From NCBI GenBank assembly GCA_905236865.1, contig CAJOQX010000306.1, forward strand, positions 1 to 45,308: a DNA stretch of 45,308 nucleotides, in the 5' to 3' direction. Origin of the DNA: Candidatus Rifleibacteriota bacterium (lineage in GTDB: Bacteria; Muiribacteriota; Ozemobacteria; Ozemobacterales; Ozemobacteraceae). The notes under the pieces are model-generated. The model ran no database searches. It saw only the letters and a list, made by a program, of their open reading frames with translations, and was not told where the DNA came from. A program made the translations under genes and the position numbers. Positions 27,308-35,491 of the stretch are shown here, one piece after another (the stretch's first letter is position 1; each line of letters starts with the position of its first letter).

Positions 27308-28165
27308 TTAAAGACCCCAATTTAGAAAGCTATTCTTAACCGCTTCTTTTGCTTTATCAACCTTTTTTATTATGCTATCTTTGTAATCTTCTATTTTTTG
27401 CATAATTACAACGCTAATAGGAATCATATCTGCCTTCGTTGTATTTTCATATTCAAATTTTTTATCTTCAATTTTTTCATTTATTTTATATGATTTTACA
27501 GATAAAACACTCTTTATTTTATTATCACTACCGTATTCAATAACTTTAACAGGCAAATAAATCTTTTCAGAAAATATAGCTTCATAACAGCCTAATTCAA
27601 ATATTTGAACAAAAATACTTAGTTTAGGAGTGAGTTTTAAATTATAATGATAATCTCCATCTTTCATTTTTTCCCTTTTAACTGCTTCAATAGAGAAAAA
27701 AGCTGACAATGTACTTCTAGTCATATTAACAAATATTTTCTTCGGATTAAATACAGCCATTATTATTCCCCATTTATCTATAAAAGGAGAAGATTCTGAT
27801 TCATAATAAAAACATTCATTAAGATTTTTTATATATATCCAAAGATTGTTACCATTAAAGAAAACACTAGAACTTCCATCTGAAAAAATAATAGAAAATT
27901 TATCTGGACTTTTTATTCGCAACGTAACAGTTGACGTGCTAATATCATCGCAAAGTTCTACTTCTGATTCTATTGCCTCTATACTTTCAGATTTCCTTTC
28001 CATTCTGTCAAAAAGTTGATTAACAGTAAAAGAAGCTGGCAATGGTTTTGCAAATTCTAGTATAGAAGATGAAGTTGCAGAATAAGACAAATTTATTTCT
28101 GTAGCCATACTAGTTACAGAAATAAGTATAAAAGAAAATAAAGATATTAATAATTGTCTTTTCAT
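27308..28165 (-). CDS. LolA-like outer-membrane lipoprotein carrier
   Basis: Signal peptide; IKSPDKF, VFFNGNNLWIY, YNLKLTPK, LPVKVIEY and KINEKIEDKKFEY match the LolA fold pattern. Confidence 0.75.
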   Translation of the reverse strand: MKRQLLISLFSFILISVTSMATEINLSYSATSSSILEFAKPLPASFTVNQLFDRMERKSESIEAIESEVELCDDISTSTVTLRIKSPDKFSIIFSDGSSSVFFNGNNLWIYIKNLNECFYYESESSPFIDKWGIIMAVFNPKKIFVNMTRSTLSAFFSIEAVKREKMKDGDYHYNLKLTPKLSIFVQIFELGCYEAIFSEKIYLPVKVIEYGSDNKIKSVLSVKSYKINEKIEDKKFEYENTTKADMIPISVVIMQKIEDYKDSIIKKVDKAKEAVKNSFLNWGL

Positions 28166-28237
28166 AAGTCCTGCAATAAAAAAAATACTTTGCAGCTTAG
28201 AATTTATTCATTTTAATAATTTTGTAAATATATTTTT

Positions 28238-30748
28238 TTAATTAGCGTCTTTTCCAAATGAATTATAAAAATTATTTAAATCTTTCAAACGCCTAGCTTT
28301 TAATTCTTTATACTCTTCAGGAGTTTCTTCATAAGCTATTTTTAATAACTCACCAGCCTGTTTATATTTTTTTTGCTTTTGATATAACATCCCTAAACTG
28401 TTTGTAACCATTAAATAGTCAGAAAGATTATTAAGCCTTTCATTCCTTTTTAATAGTTCAAAAGCTCTTTCTAACAAAAGTTGGGCTCTAGGTAAATCTT
28501 TATTCGTTTCTGTTAAAATGAAACCTATGGCATTTAAAATTCTAGGTACATCTGGATAAATACGAAGAGCTTTTTCAAAAATATCGAGGGCTTCTTTATA
28601 ATTTTTTTCGTAACAAAAAAATATACCTTTTAGATACATAGCATCTATAGTATCCTTTAAATCAGACTCTATAAGATTTAAGTAAGTTTTACTAATTTTA
28701 TAATCTCCTCGGTCATAAGCTAACCAAGCAAGATTCAATCTCATTCTATCAGCAGCCATTCTTTCTTTTGAACTCGAAGGTATACTAATAAGACCTTCTT
28801 TAAATACCTGTTCTGCTTCTTTTTTATTCTGTTCTAACAGGAGTATTTGTCCAAGAAGTTCATAAGAAAGTGGGTCATCAGCCCACTCTAAATTCTTAAC
28901 AGCATAAACATGAGCTTCATGTATTTTATTATGTTCAAACAATATTTTTGCTATATTATATTTCACATTAAAAATATTTGGAACCATAGTGTCTAATTGA
29001 TTTAATACATCTAAAGCTTCATCTGTTTTTCCTTGAAATTCTAAAGCATGAGCTAAACCGCTATATGCTCTCAAAGATTGCGAATTTGTCTCTATGGCCG
29101 ATAAAAAATACTGTTCAGAATCTTTGTATTTCTGTTTTCCAAAACTTTCTATTCCCTTTCCGATATATTTTTCTTCTAACTGGTAAGATAATTGAAAATG
29201 AGTGGCTGTCAAAAAATAAATAATAGGCAAAAAGATAAAGAAAATAGAAATAATTGTAAATTTAGGTTTATATCTAAGCTCTGGAAGACAACAAGATAAA
29301 TGTAAACTTATAATCAAAACCATCATACCTATTAAAGGTAAAATAGTAAAATTATTATTAAAAAGACCATAAAAAACAAAAGTTAGAATTCCAACAAAAG
29401 TTGATTTTCCTAAGTAAAAATAATCACTATTAGAATTTGAAGTATAGCTCATATTAATTATACTAGTGCTAATTCCAAAAAATATAACAATAAAACTAAT
29501 CGCTATTGGAAGATTAATTATGTGAACAAAACCAGACTCAATACTCAAATATAAAATTAATAAAGCAATAAAAGTGTATAACCAAGGAAATTCTATGACT
29601 TGCTCTTCTTTTTCTTTCAAAGAAGATATTTTAATTTTCTCATATCGTGTATTTTTCCTTATAAAACAACCAAATAAATAAACAAATAAAGAGCTTATCC
29701 CCCATAGACCAATAAAACCAGTTTCGGATAACGTTGTAATTATAAATGAATGAGGATCGTCATTATATATTGCTAGACCAAGTATAGAACCTGTTGGAGG
29801 ACGTTTTAAAGGCATAATATAAGGAATTGAGCCTGCACCAGTACCTGTTTTGGGATGTTCCTTGAAAATTGAAAATCCCATTTGCCATTGAATCAATCTA
29901 GCTACAAAAGGCTTATAATTATTAGGAACTTTAGTCAACTTTTCCCAAGGATATTTTGAAATTTCATCAAATATAACCCATTGAGTAAACAATAGAAATA
30001 AAGCAATAAAAAAACCAAATATTATTGGTGAAATCTTAGTTAATTTTCCAGATGATTTAAAAGAATCTGCCCATATCCATAATAGAACCATAAATGATAT
30101 ACATAGATTAATTCCTGATTTCTTTATTATAAGAAGAGCTCCTAATTGTATTATAAAAAAAGAAAGAAAAATTAAACTGTTCTTTAAACTTATAGGACGT
30201 AATTCAAAAGCCAAACCTAATGTGACTATTGCTGTTAAGCACAAGAAAATTCCAAGAAAATTAGGATTTGTTAATGTTCCAACAACGGTATATTTACTTT
30301 CCCAAACAAGAAAATCACAACCATAATTTTGGCAAAAAGCATAAACTGCCATAAAAAAACCACTTATAGCAATCATACCTGCCACACCAAAGTTATCTTC
30401 TTGTCTTCTGAATAATCTAAGAGCTCCTAAAGAAGCCAATAAACCTATATATATTAAAGAAATTCTTAAAGATGAATTATAATGTGTAAAACTCAAAGAA
30501 ATAACTATCGCTAAAAATATAATAAATAAAATATGGGTTAATGTATTAAAAACTCTGACAGGACGATATATTATCAAAAATAAAGCTGAAAAAGAAAGAG
30601 AAATCGAAGCAGCTACAATTTGAAGCCAGCCACTAAAAAGAAACGGATTACTACCACCGATATCTAATATCCATGGTTGAATCACAAATAAGGCTGTTAT
30701 TGCCAAACCAACTATTCGTATAAATATATTAATATATTTTGAAGTCAT
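28238..30748 (-). CDS. O-antigen ligase (Wzy_C)-family polytopic membrane protein with C-terminal TPRs
   Basis: GTLTNPNFLG, RLIQWQMGFSIFKEHPKTGTGAG, PHSFIITTLSETGFIG; more than 10 TMs; multiple TPRs. Confidence 0.88.
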   Translation of the reverse strand: MTSKYINIFIRIVGLAITALFVIQPWILDIGGSNPFLFSGWLQIVAASISLSFSALFLIIYRPVRVFNTLTHILFIIFLAIVISLSFTHYNSSLRISLIYIGLLASLGALRLFRRQEDNFGVAGMIAISGFFMAVYAFCQNYGCDFLVWESKYTVVGTLTNPNFLGIFLCLTAIVTLGLAFELRPISLKNSLIFLSFFIIQLGALLIIKKSGINLCISFMVLLWIWADSFKSSGKLTKISPIIFGFFIALFLLFTQWVIFDEISKYPWEKLTKVPNNYKPFVARLIQWQMGFSIFKEHPKTGTGAGSIPYIMPLKRPPTGSILGLAIYNDDPHSFIITTLSETGFIGLWGISSLFVYLFGCFIRKNTRYEKIKISSLKEKEEQVIEFPWLYTFIALLILYLSIESGFVHIINLPIAISFIVIFFGISTSIINMSYTSNSNSDYFYLGKSTFVGILTFVFYGLFNNNFTILPLIGMMVLIISLHLSCCLPELRYKPKFTIISIFFIFLPIIYFLTATHFQLSYQLEEKYIGKGIESFGKQKYKDSEQYFLSAIETNSQSLRAYSGLAHALEFQGKTDEALDVLNQLDTMVPNIFNVKYNIAKILFEHNKIHEAHVYAVKNLEWADDPLSYELLGQILLLEQNKKEAEQVFKEGLISIPSSSKERMAADRMRLNLAWLAYDRGDYKISKTYLNLIESDLKDTIDAMYLKGIFFCYEKNYKEALDIFEKALRIYPDVPRILNAIGFILTETNKDLPRAQLLLERAFELLKRNERLNNLSDYLMVTNSLGMLYQKQKKYKQAGELLKIAYEETPEEYKELKARRLKDLNNFYNSFGKDAN

Positions 30749-31293
30749 CAGTAATCAGAATATTGTATTTCATTAGGTAATTCAAGAAATATTTGAGGTA
30801 TCTCTAATTTATCACCAACTTTTATACTTAATTCATCTATCATACCTGCTTTTAATTCTAAAGCATATTTTGCTTCACCTTTAGAAGTATAGTGAGGAAG
30901 CAAATCTATTTTTTTACCGTAACCAGGAATCATATTTTTTATATATTCAGTAACTTCCATGTTTTCAGAAAAAAATACCAAATCTAAAGGGATTTTAGTG
31001 TTCATCATCCAAAAAGACATCTTTTGAGGATATTTATAAATAAACAACATTCCTGTATTACTAGCTATTTCATTATAGAACATTAAACCTTTAGCTTTTT
31101 CATCCCTTTTCTTTGCCAACATAATCTTAAAATCATAACCTTTAAATCTGGCAGAAACAGATGGAAGATTCTGCGGTTGAGAGAATGATTCTTTTATATA
31201 TTGGGCAGAAAGCCGATGAATAAAAGGGGAATACAAAACAATAATAACCGCTAAAATCGTGATTTGAATTAGTATTTTATTTTTATTCTTCAC
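30748..31293 (-). CDS. DUF192 family protein
   Basis: GLMF, GMLFIY, FWMMNTKIPLDLVF, YALELKAG, IKVGD; N-terminal hydrophobic segment; overlaps both neighbours (GTGA, TGATG). Confidence 0.92.
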   Translation of the reverse strand: MKNKNKILIQITILAVIIVLYSPFIHRLSAQYIKESFSQPQNLPSVSARFKGYDFKIMLAKKRDEKAKGLMFYNEIASNTGMLFIYKYPQKMSFWMMNTKIPLDLVFFSENMEVTEYIKNMIPGYGKKIDLLPHYTSKGEAKYALELKAGMIDELSIKVGDKLEIPQIFLELPNEIQYSDY

Positions 31294-33053
31294 AACAAGC
31301 CCAAATCATTATTTAATTTGCTTAATTGTGTTTCTATTTCTATCGAGCTTTTTAGAGTTAGCAATGGAGCTATTTTTGCTCTTATATCAGCATAAGAAAT
31401 ATTGCGGATTATATTTTTCACTGCTGGGATAAGAATAGAATTCATTGAAAGCTCTCGTAATCCTAACCCCAAAAGCAAAATAGTGTATTTTATATCACCA
31501 GCAATTTCACCACAGATACAAACTTCAATCTTATGTTTTTCTGCAGCTTTTACAACATTGTCTATTAAACATAAAATTGCAGGATTAGTAGGCTTATAGA
31601 GATGAGTTACTTTTGGATTGGTTCTGTCAACAGCGAGAGTATATTGAACTAAATCATTGCTTCCTATTGCAAAAAAATCAACTTCTTTAGCATATATCTC
31701 CGACATTATCGCTACAGAAGGAACTTCAACCATTATACCTATTTTGATTTTATTAGGAATAGATATTCCTTCTTTTCTCATTTGCTCTTTAACTTCAAAT
31801 AGAATATTTTTTGCTTCTGTAAGTTCTTCAATACTAGAAATCATAGGAAACAATATTCTGATTTGATCTTTTGGAGTTTTGGAAGCTGTTCTTAATATTG
31901 CCCTAAGCTGTGTTATAAATATATCTTTACATTCCAAAGAGATTCTTATAGCACGCCATCCCAATTCAGGATTCTGTTCTATACTATTTCCTGTAAGATG
32001 TGATATTTTATCACCACCTAGGTCTATAGTACGAATAACCATTGGCTTACCTTTCAATTTAAGTGCAGCCTCATAATAACTATCGTAAAGTTCTTCTTCT
32101 GTTGGGAAAGTTCTTCTTGTAAGATATGCAAATTCGGTTCTATATAGCCCTACTCCATTTGCATTGTTTTTCACCGCCTGCTCAATATCGCTAAGCTGTC
32201 CTACATTAGCCTTTAATAAAACCTCAACCCCATCTTTTGTTACTGATGGTTCTGAAAGAACCTCATACATTCTTCTTTGACGATTCTGATATTCGGTATA
32301 TTCTTCCCTATATTTCTTTTTTAAACTTTCATTAGGGTTTAAAATAATCTGCTCTGACGAACCATCTATAATAGCAAAAACACCATCTTTCGCCTTTTTC
32401 ATCAAATTTTTAACTTGAATCAAGGCAGGAATTCCCAGTGATCTTGCCATAATTGCAGCATGAGAAGTAGTCGTCCCTTCTTCAATTGCAATACCAAGTA
32501 TTCTTGACGGATCTAAGGTCATCATATCTGAAGGTGTTAAGTCTTCTGCAAGAACTATCATACCTTCATCTAATTCTTCTAGCTTTGTTGTCGGATTTTT
32601 AGATTTCTGACAATTTTTCAAAATACGTTTGCCAATATCAAGAATATCTATTGCTTTGCTTTGAAATTGAGGGTCTGGGAGATTTTTAAAGAAAGTACTA
32701 TAATCTTTTATAACTTTGCTAACAGCAGAACAACAATCTTGTTTTTGTTCCTTTATTCTTTTTATAATTTCTTTACGTAAATCAGGATCATCTATTAATG
32801 TTAGGTGAGCCTGAAAAATATTTGAAATTTCTACACTGCTTTTAATTTGAGGCATATCAAGCATTTGGATTATTTCATTGCGTGAAATATCTAATGCGAC
32901 ACCAAAACGTTCAATTTCGGTTTCAACATCGTTAATATCAACATTTTCAGTAGGAAGACTTTCTAACTGAAAGTGTTTTAAACAATATATTTTTCCCAAG
33001 GCATAGCCTGGAGATATAGATAAACCTTTCACAATTAAAAACCTTGAAAACAA
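31290..33053 (-). CDS. ptsI: phosphoenolpyruvate-protein phosphotransferase (PTS enzyme I)
   Basis: TSHAAIMARS phospho-His, GVGLYRTEF, RTIDLGGDK, NPELGWRAIR, MVEVP, GSNDLVQY, CGE; no GAF domain, so not PtsP. Alternative start is GTG at 33032 with an AAGG SD. Confidence 0.95.
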   Translation of the reverse strand: MFSRFLIVKGLSISPGYALGKIYCLKHFQLESLPTENVDINDVETEIERFGVALDISRNEIIQMLDMPQIKSSVEISNIFQAHLTLIDDPDLRKEIIKRIKEQKQDCCSAVSKVIKDYSTFFKNLPDPQFQSKAIDILDIGKRILKNCQKSKNPTTKLEELDEGMIVLAEDLTPSDMMTLDPSRILGIAIEEGTTTSHAAIMARSLGIPALIQVKNLMKKAKDGVFAIIDGSSEQIILNPNESLKKKYREEYTEYQNRQRRMYEVLSEPSVTKDGVEVLLKANVGQLSDIEQAVKNNANGVGLYRTEFAYLTRRTFPTEEELYDSYYEAALKLKGKPMVIRTIDLGGDKISHLTGNSIEQNPELGWRAIRISLECKDIFITQLRAILRTASKTPKDQIRILFPMISSIEELTEAKNILFEVKEQMRKEGISIPNKIKIGIMVEVPSVAIMSEIYAKEVDFFAIGSNDLVQYTLAVDRTNPKVTHLYKPTNPAILCLIDNVVKAAEKHKIEVCICGEIAGDIKYTILLLGLGLRELSMNSILIPAVKNIIRNISYADIRAKIAPLLTLKSSIEIETQLSKLNNDLGLL

Positions 33054-33062
33054 AGTTGCGGC

Positions 33063-33091
33063 ATTATATCATAAGCCTATTAACCTATCAA
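33063..33091 (-). promoter_or_regulatory. near-consensus sigma70 promoter of the ptsI operon
   Basis: Minus strand TTGATA-N17-TATAAT with extended -10 TG. Confidence 0.75.
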
Positions 33092-33126
33092 GTTTTATTT
33101 AAATTATATTTTTTATTGGAGCATAT

Positions 33127-33885
33127 ATGCAAATATTAATATGTAATGATGATGGAGTCCATTTTCCTGGAATAGTTGCCTTAGCAAAAGTTATGAGCAC
33201 ATTAGGAGAAGTATATATTTTTGCACCAGATATAGAACGTAGTGCTGCTAGTAATGCACTAACTCTAGGTTTACCCCTAAGGGCAAAAGAAGTTCCTTTT
33301 GAAGTAAATGGTGTAAAAGCTTTTGCAATAAGTGGAACACCTGCAGATTGTGCAAAGCTAGGCATAGAATTTTTTGCACCAAAGAAGCCAGATTTAATTG
33401 TTTCTGGCATAAACAAAGGACCTAATATGTGCTGCGATATAATGTATTCAGGAACTGTTGCTGCTGCCTACGAAGGAGCTTATGCAGACATTCTTTCATT
33501 AGCTGTTTCTTTAAATAGTTACTCTACTGATTCTGATTATTCTGTAGCTGCTAATTGGGCTTTGAGATGTGTAAAAAAACTTATTGAAATTAAGGCAGAC
33601 AAAACTTATGTTTACAACTTAAATGTTCCAAACTTGTCTGATTCTGAAATAAAAGGTTTAAAAATCACAAAAATGGGTTTTGTTGAATATAGAGGTGGTT
33701 TTGAAAAACGCATAGACACTTTCGGAAAACCTTATTATTGGGTAAATGGAAAACCTTTCGTAATAGATAAGAATCCAGATTGCGACAACAATGCTGTTTC
33801 AGATGGCTATGTATCTCTAACACCTCTCACAAGAGATTACACCGCCTACAAGATTATAGATAAACTTAAAGATATAAATATATAG
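33127..33885 (+). CDS. surE: 5'/3'-nucleotidase SurE
   Basis: ILICNDDG, SGTPADC, SGINKGPN, YSGTVAAA; GGAG RBS. Confidence 0.96.
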   Translation: MQILICNDDGVHFPGIVALAKVMSTLGEVYIFAPDIERSAASNALTLGLPLRAKEVPFEVNGVKAFAISGTPADCAKLGIEFFAPKKPDLIVSGINKGPNMCCDIMYSGTVAAAYEGAYADILSLAVSLNSYSTDSDYSVAANWALRCVKKLIEIKADKTYVYNLNVPNLSDSEIKGLKITKMGFVEYRGGFEKRIDTFGKPYYWVNGKPFVIDKNPDCDNNAVSDGYVSLTPLTRDYTAYKIIDKLKDINI

Positions 33886-33983
33886 AGGAAAATAGAAGTT
33901 AGAGAGAAGAAAAGAGAAAAACAAGATTCAAAACAAACATTCCTCTACTCTCTAACCTCTAATCCCTCACCCCTCACCTCTAA
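33886..33983. repeat. heptamer tandem array with inverted purine-rich partner
   Basis: 33942-33983: CCTCTAC TCTCTAA CCTCTAA TCCCTCA CCCCTCA CCTCTAA. 33893-33906 pairs with 33948-33961 (13/14). Confidence 0.8.
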
Positions 33984-33988
33984 ATATC

Positions 33989-34753
33989 ATGCACACAAAA
34001 CTTATAAATACACTAAAAGAATTAAAATTTTGGAAAAATCACAAGTTAGCTTGGCTTTCTTTTACTTCTTCTACCAACGATGACATCAAAGCTTTATGGC
34101 GTGATAAAGACTTTTGTCACAGAATAGAAGTCGCAGATATACAAACCAATGGAAAAGGACAATATAATCGAAAATGGTCTTCTGATACAGATGGGCAAAA
34201 TCTTATGTTTTCTTTTTCTGTTGATGTAAAAGAATATCATTTTCCTATTTCGATGATAGCTGGTATTGCTCTTGCTTCTGCCTTGGATAAGATGGAATTA
34301 TCAACAAAAGACTTCTGGCTTAAATGGCCAAACGATATTTGGATAAATGATAAAAAACTTGCAGGAATACTTACAGAATCAACTACCTTTGTTGGTGGTT
34401 TTAGATCTGTAGTGGGAATAGGCATCAATATACTTCCTTTAACAGATAAATCAATAAATGCAATTTCTCTTAGCGAATACGGTTTAGATTATTCTCGTGA
34501 AGAAGTCCTAATTAATTTCTGTAAAAGCTGGAACAATATATTTGAACTTACTACAGAAGAACAAACAAATTTATGGAATAACTACGCAGGGCAATTTTGG
34601 AACAGAGAATTTTCTGTAGCTATACCTAATGAAAATACCTTTATAGCAAAACCTGAAAGAGTTGAAGAAGATGGAGCTTTAATAATAAAAGATACAAACC
34701 AAAGAGAAAAAAGAATTATTTCAGCTTCCCTATTACCAATCTTAAATAAATAA
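33989..34753 (+). CDS. birA: biotin--[acetyl-CoA carboxylase] ligase, group I (no HTH)
   Basis: SSTND, QTNGKGQYNRKW (GRGR loop variant), KWPND, KKLAGIL, VGIGIN. Confidence 0.9.
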   Translation: MHTKLINTLKELKFWKNHKLAWLSFTSSTNDDIKALWRDKDFCHRIEVADIQTNGKGQYNRKWSSDTDGQNLMFSFSVDVKEYHFPISMIAGIALASALDKMELSTKDFWLKWPNDIWINDKKLAGILTESTTFVGGFRSVVGIGINILPLTDKSINAISLSEYGLDYSREEVLINFCKSWNNIFELTTEEQTNLWNNYAGQFWNREFSVAIPNENTFIAKPERVEEDGALIIKDTNQREKRIISASLLPILNK

Positions 34754-34797
34754 TCATATTTATTGTGAATATGTATATAAGCTACAATAACAATTAC

Positions 34798-34826
34798 TTG
34801 ATAAACAAACAAGGATAGTATAAAAT
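34798..34826 (+). promoter_or_regulatory. sigma70-type promoter
   Basis: TTGATA-N17-TAAAAT. Confidence 0.6.
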
Positions 34827-34956
34827 AGATTTACTTCGTTATAGATATTAATTATAAATTGTTGTCTAATAATGGAGTCTTTGATTTGGTTTGCCAGTCG
34901 TAGCAACTATTTATGGCTTATAAAAAAGTCATTAAAATATGAAAGGTAATAATATT

Positions 34957-35331
34957 ATGGCAGAACAGCAAGATGGAAACAATTTGATTGCTTGTAGAAT
35001 CTGTGGTCAGATTATGGTTAAAATATCTAGGGACGTATGTCCTAAATGTTTTAAAAAAGAAGAAGAACTTTTTATAAAAATCAAGTCATTTTTGAAAGCA
35101 AATCCTGGTGTATCAGTACCTCAGGTCGCTCAAAATTGTGGTTGTTCAGAAGAAGATGTTTGGGGATTTATAAAATCTGGACGTTTGGATCGTATTGGAC
35201 TAAGTAAAATTGCTCATCACTGCGAATTATGCAATTCGATAATTTATGAAGGGGTAATGTGCGATGACTGTCAAAAGAAACTTAAAAACCAGCTTAGTTC
35301 ATTGAAAAACGCCCCATATAATAGACGTTAA
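34957..35331 (+). CDS. YvyF-like protein (Zn ribbon - HTH - Zn ribbon)
   Basis: CRICG...CPKC, KSFLKANPGVSVPQVA...FIKSGRL, CELC...CDDC; same layout as Bacillus YvyF-family proteins. ATG at 34957 follows AAAGGT (alternative start 34939). Confidence 0.8.
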   Translation: MAEQQDGNNLIACRICGQIMVKISRDVCPKCFKKEEELFIKIKSFLKANPGVSVPQVAQNCGCSEEDVWGFIKSGRLDRIGLSKIAHHCELCNSIIYEGVMCDDCQKKLKNQLSSLKNAPYNRR

Positions 35332-35363
35332 TTTAAAAAAAATTATACTTTAAGTTAGAAAAG

Positions 35364-35392
35364 TTGCATTGATTTAAACTCTATGCTAGACT
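35364..35392 (+). promoter_or_regulatory. sigma70-type promoter
   Basis: TTGCAT-N17-TAGACT with extended TG. Confidence 0.6.
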
Positions 35393-35491
35393 AACTAATC
35401 TATAGTTATATTTAGTATTGATATTTTACTTAAAAGGAAGTATTAATAAATATAAGTCGCTTTTTAGTAGTAAGTTTGTTTTAGGAGATCG

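Noticed and set aside
33886-33983. CRISPR array or tRNA
   Set aside because: Units are 7 bp with no spacers, and no cloverleaf or T-loop motif was seen here or elsewhere.
34140-34180. birA pseudogene because of GKGQ instead of GRGR and the missing HTH
   Set aside because: The ORF is intact with KWPND and KxAGIL; HTH-less group I ligases and loop variants are normal.
34872-34949. 25-codon upstream ORF, sigma54 site or GGCAAACC riboswitch in the yvyF-like leader
   Set aside because: No SD for the ORF, the GG-N10-GC spacing is not met, and GGCAAACC is on the wrong strand without the rest of the aptamer.
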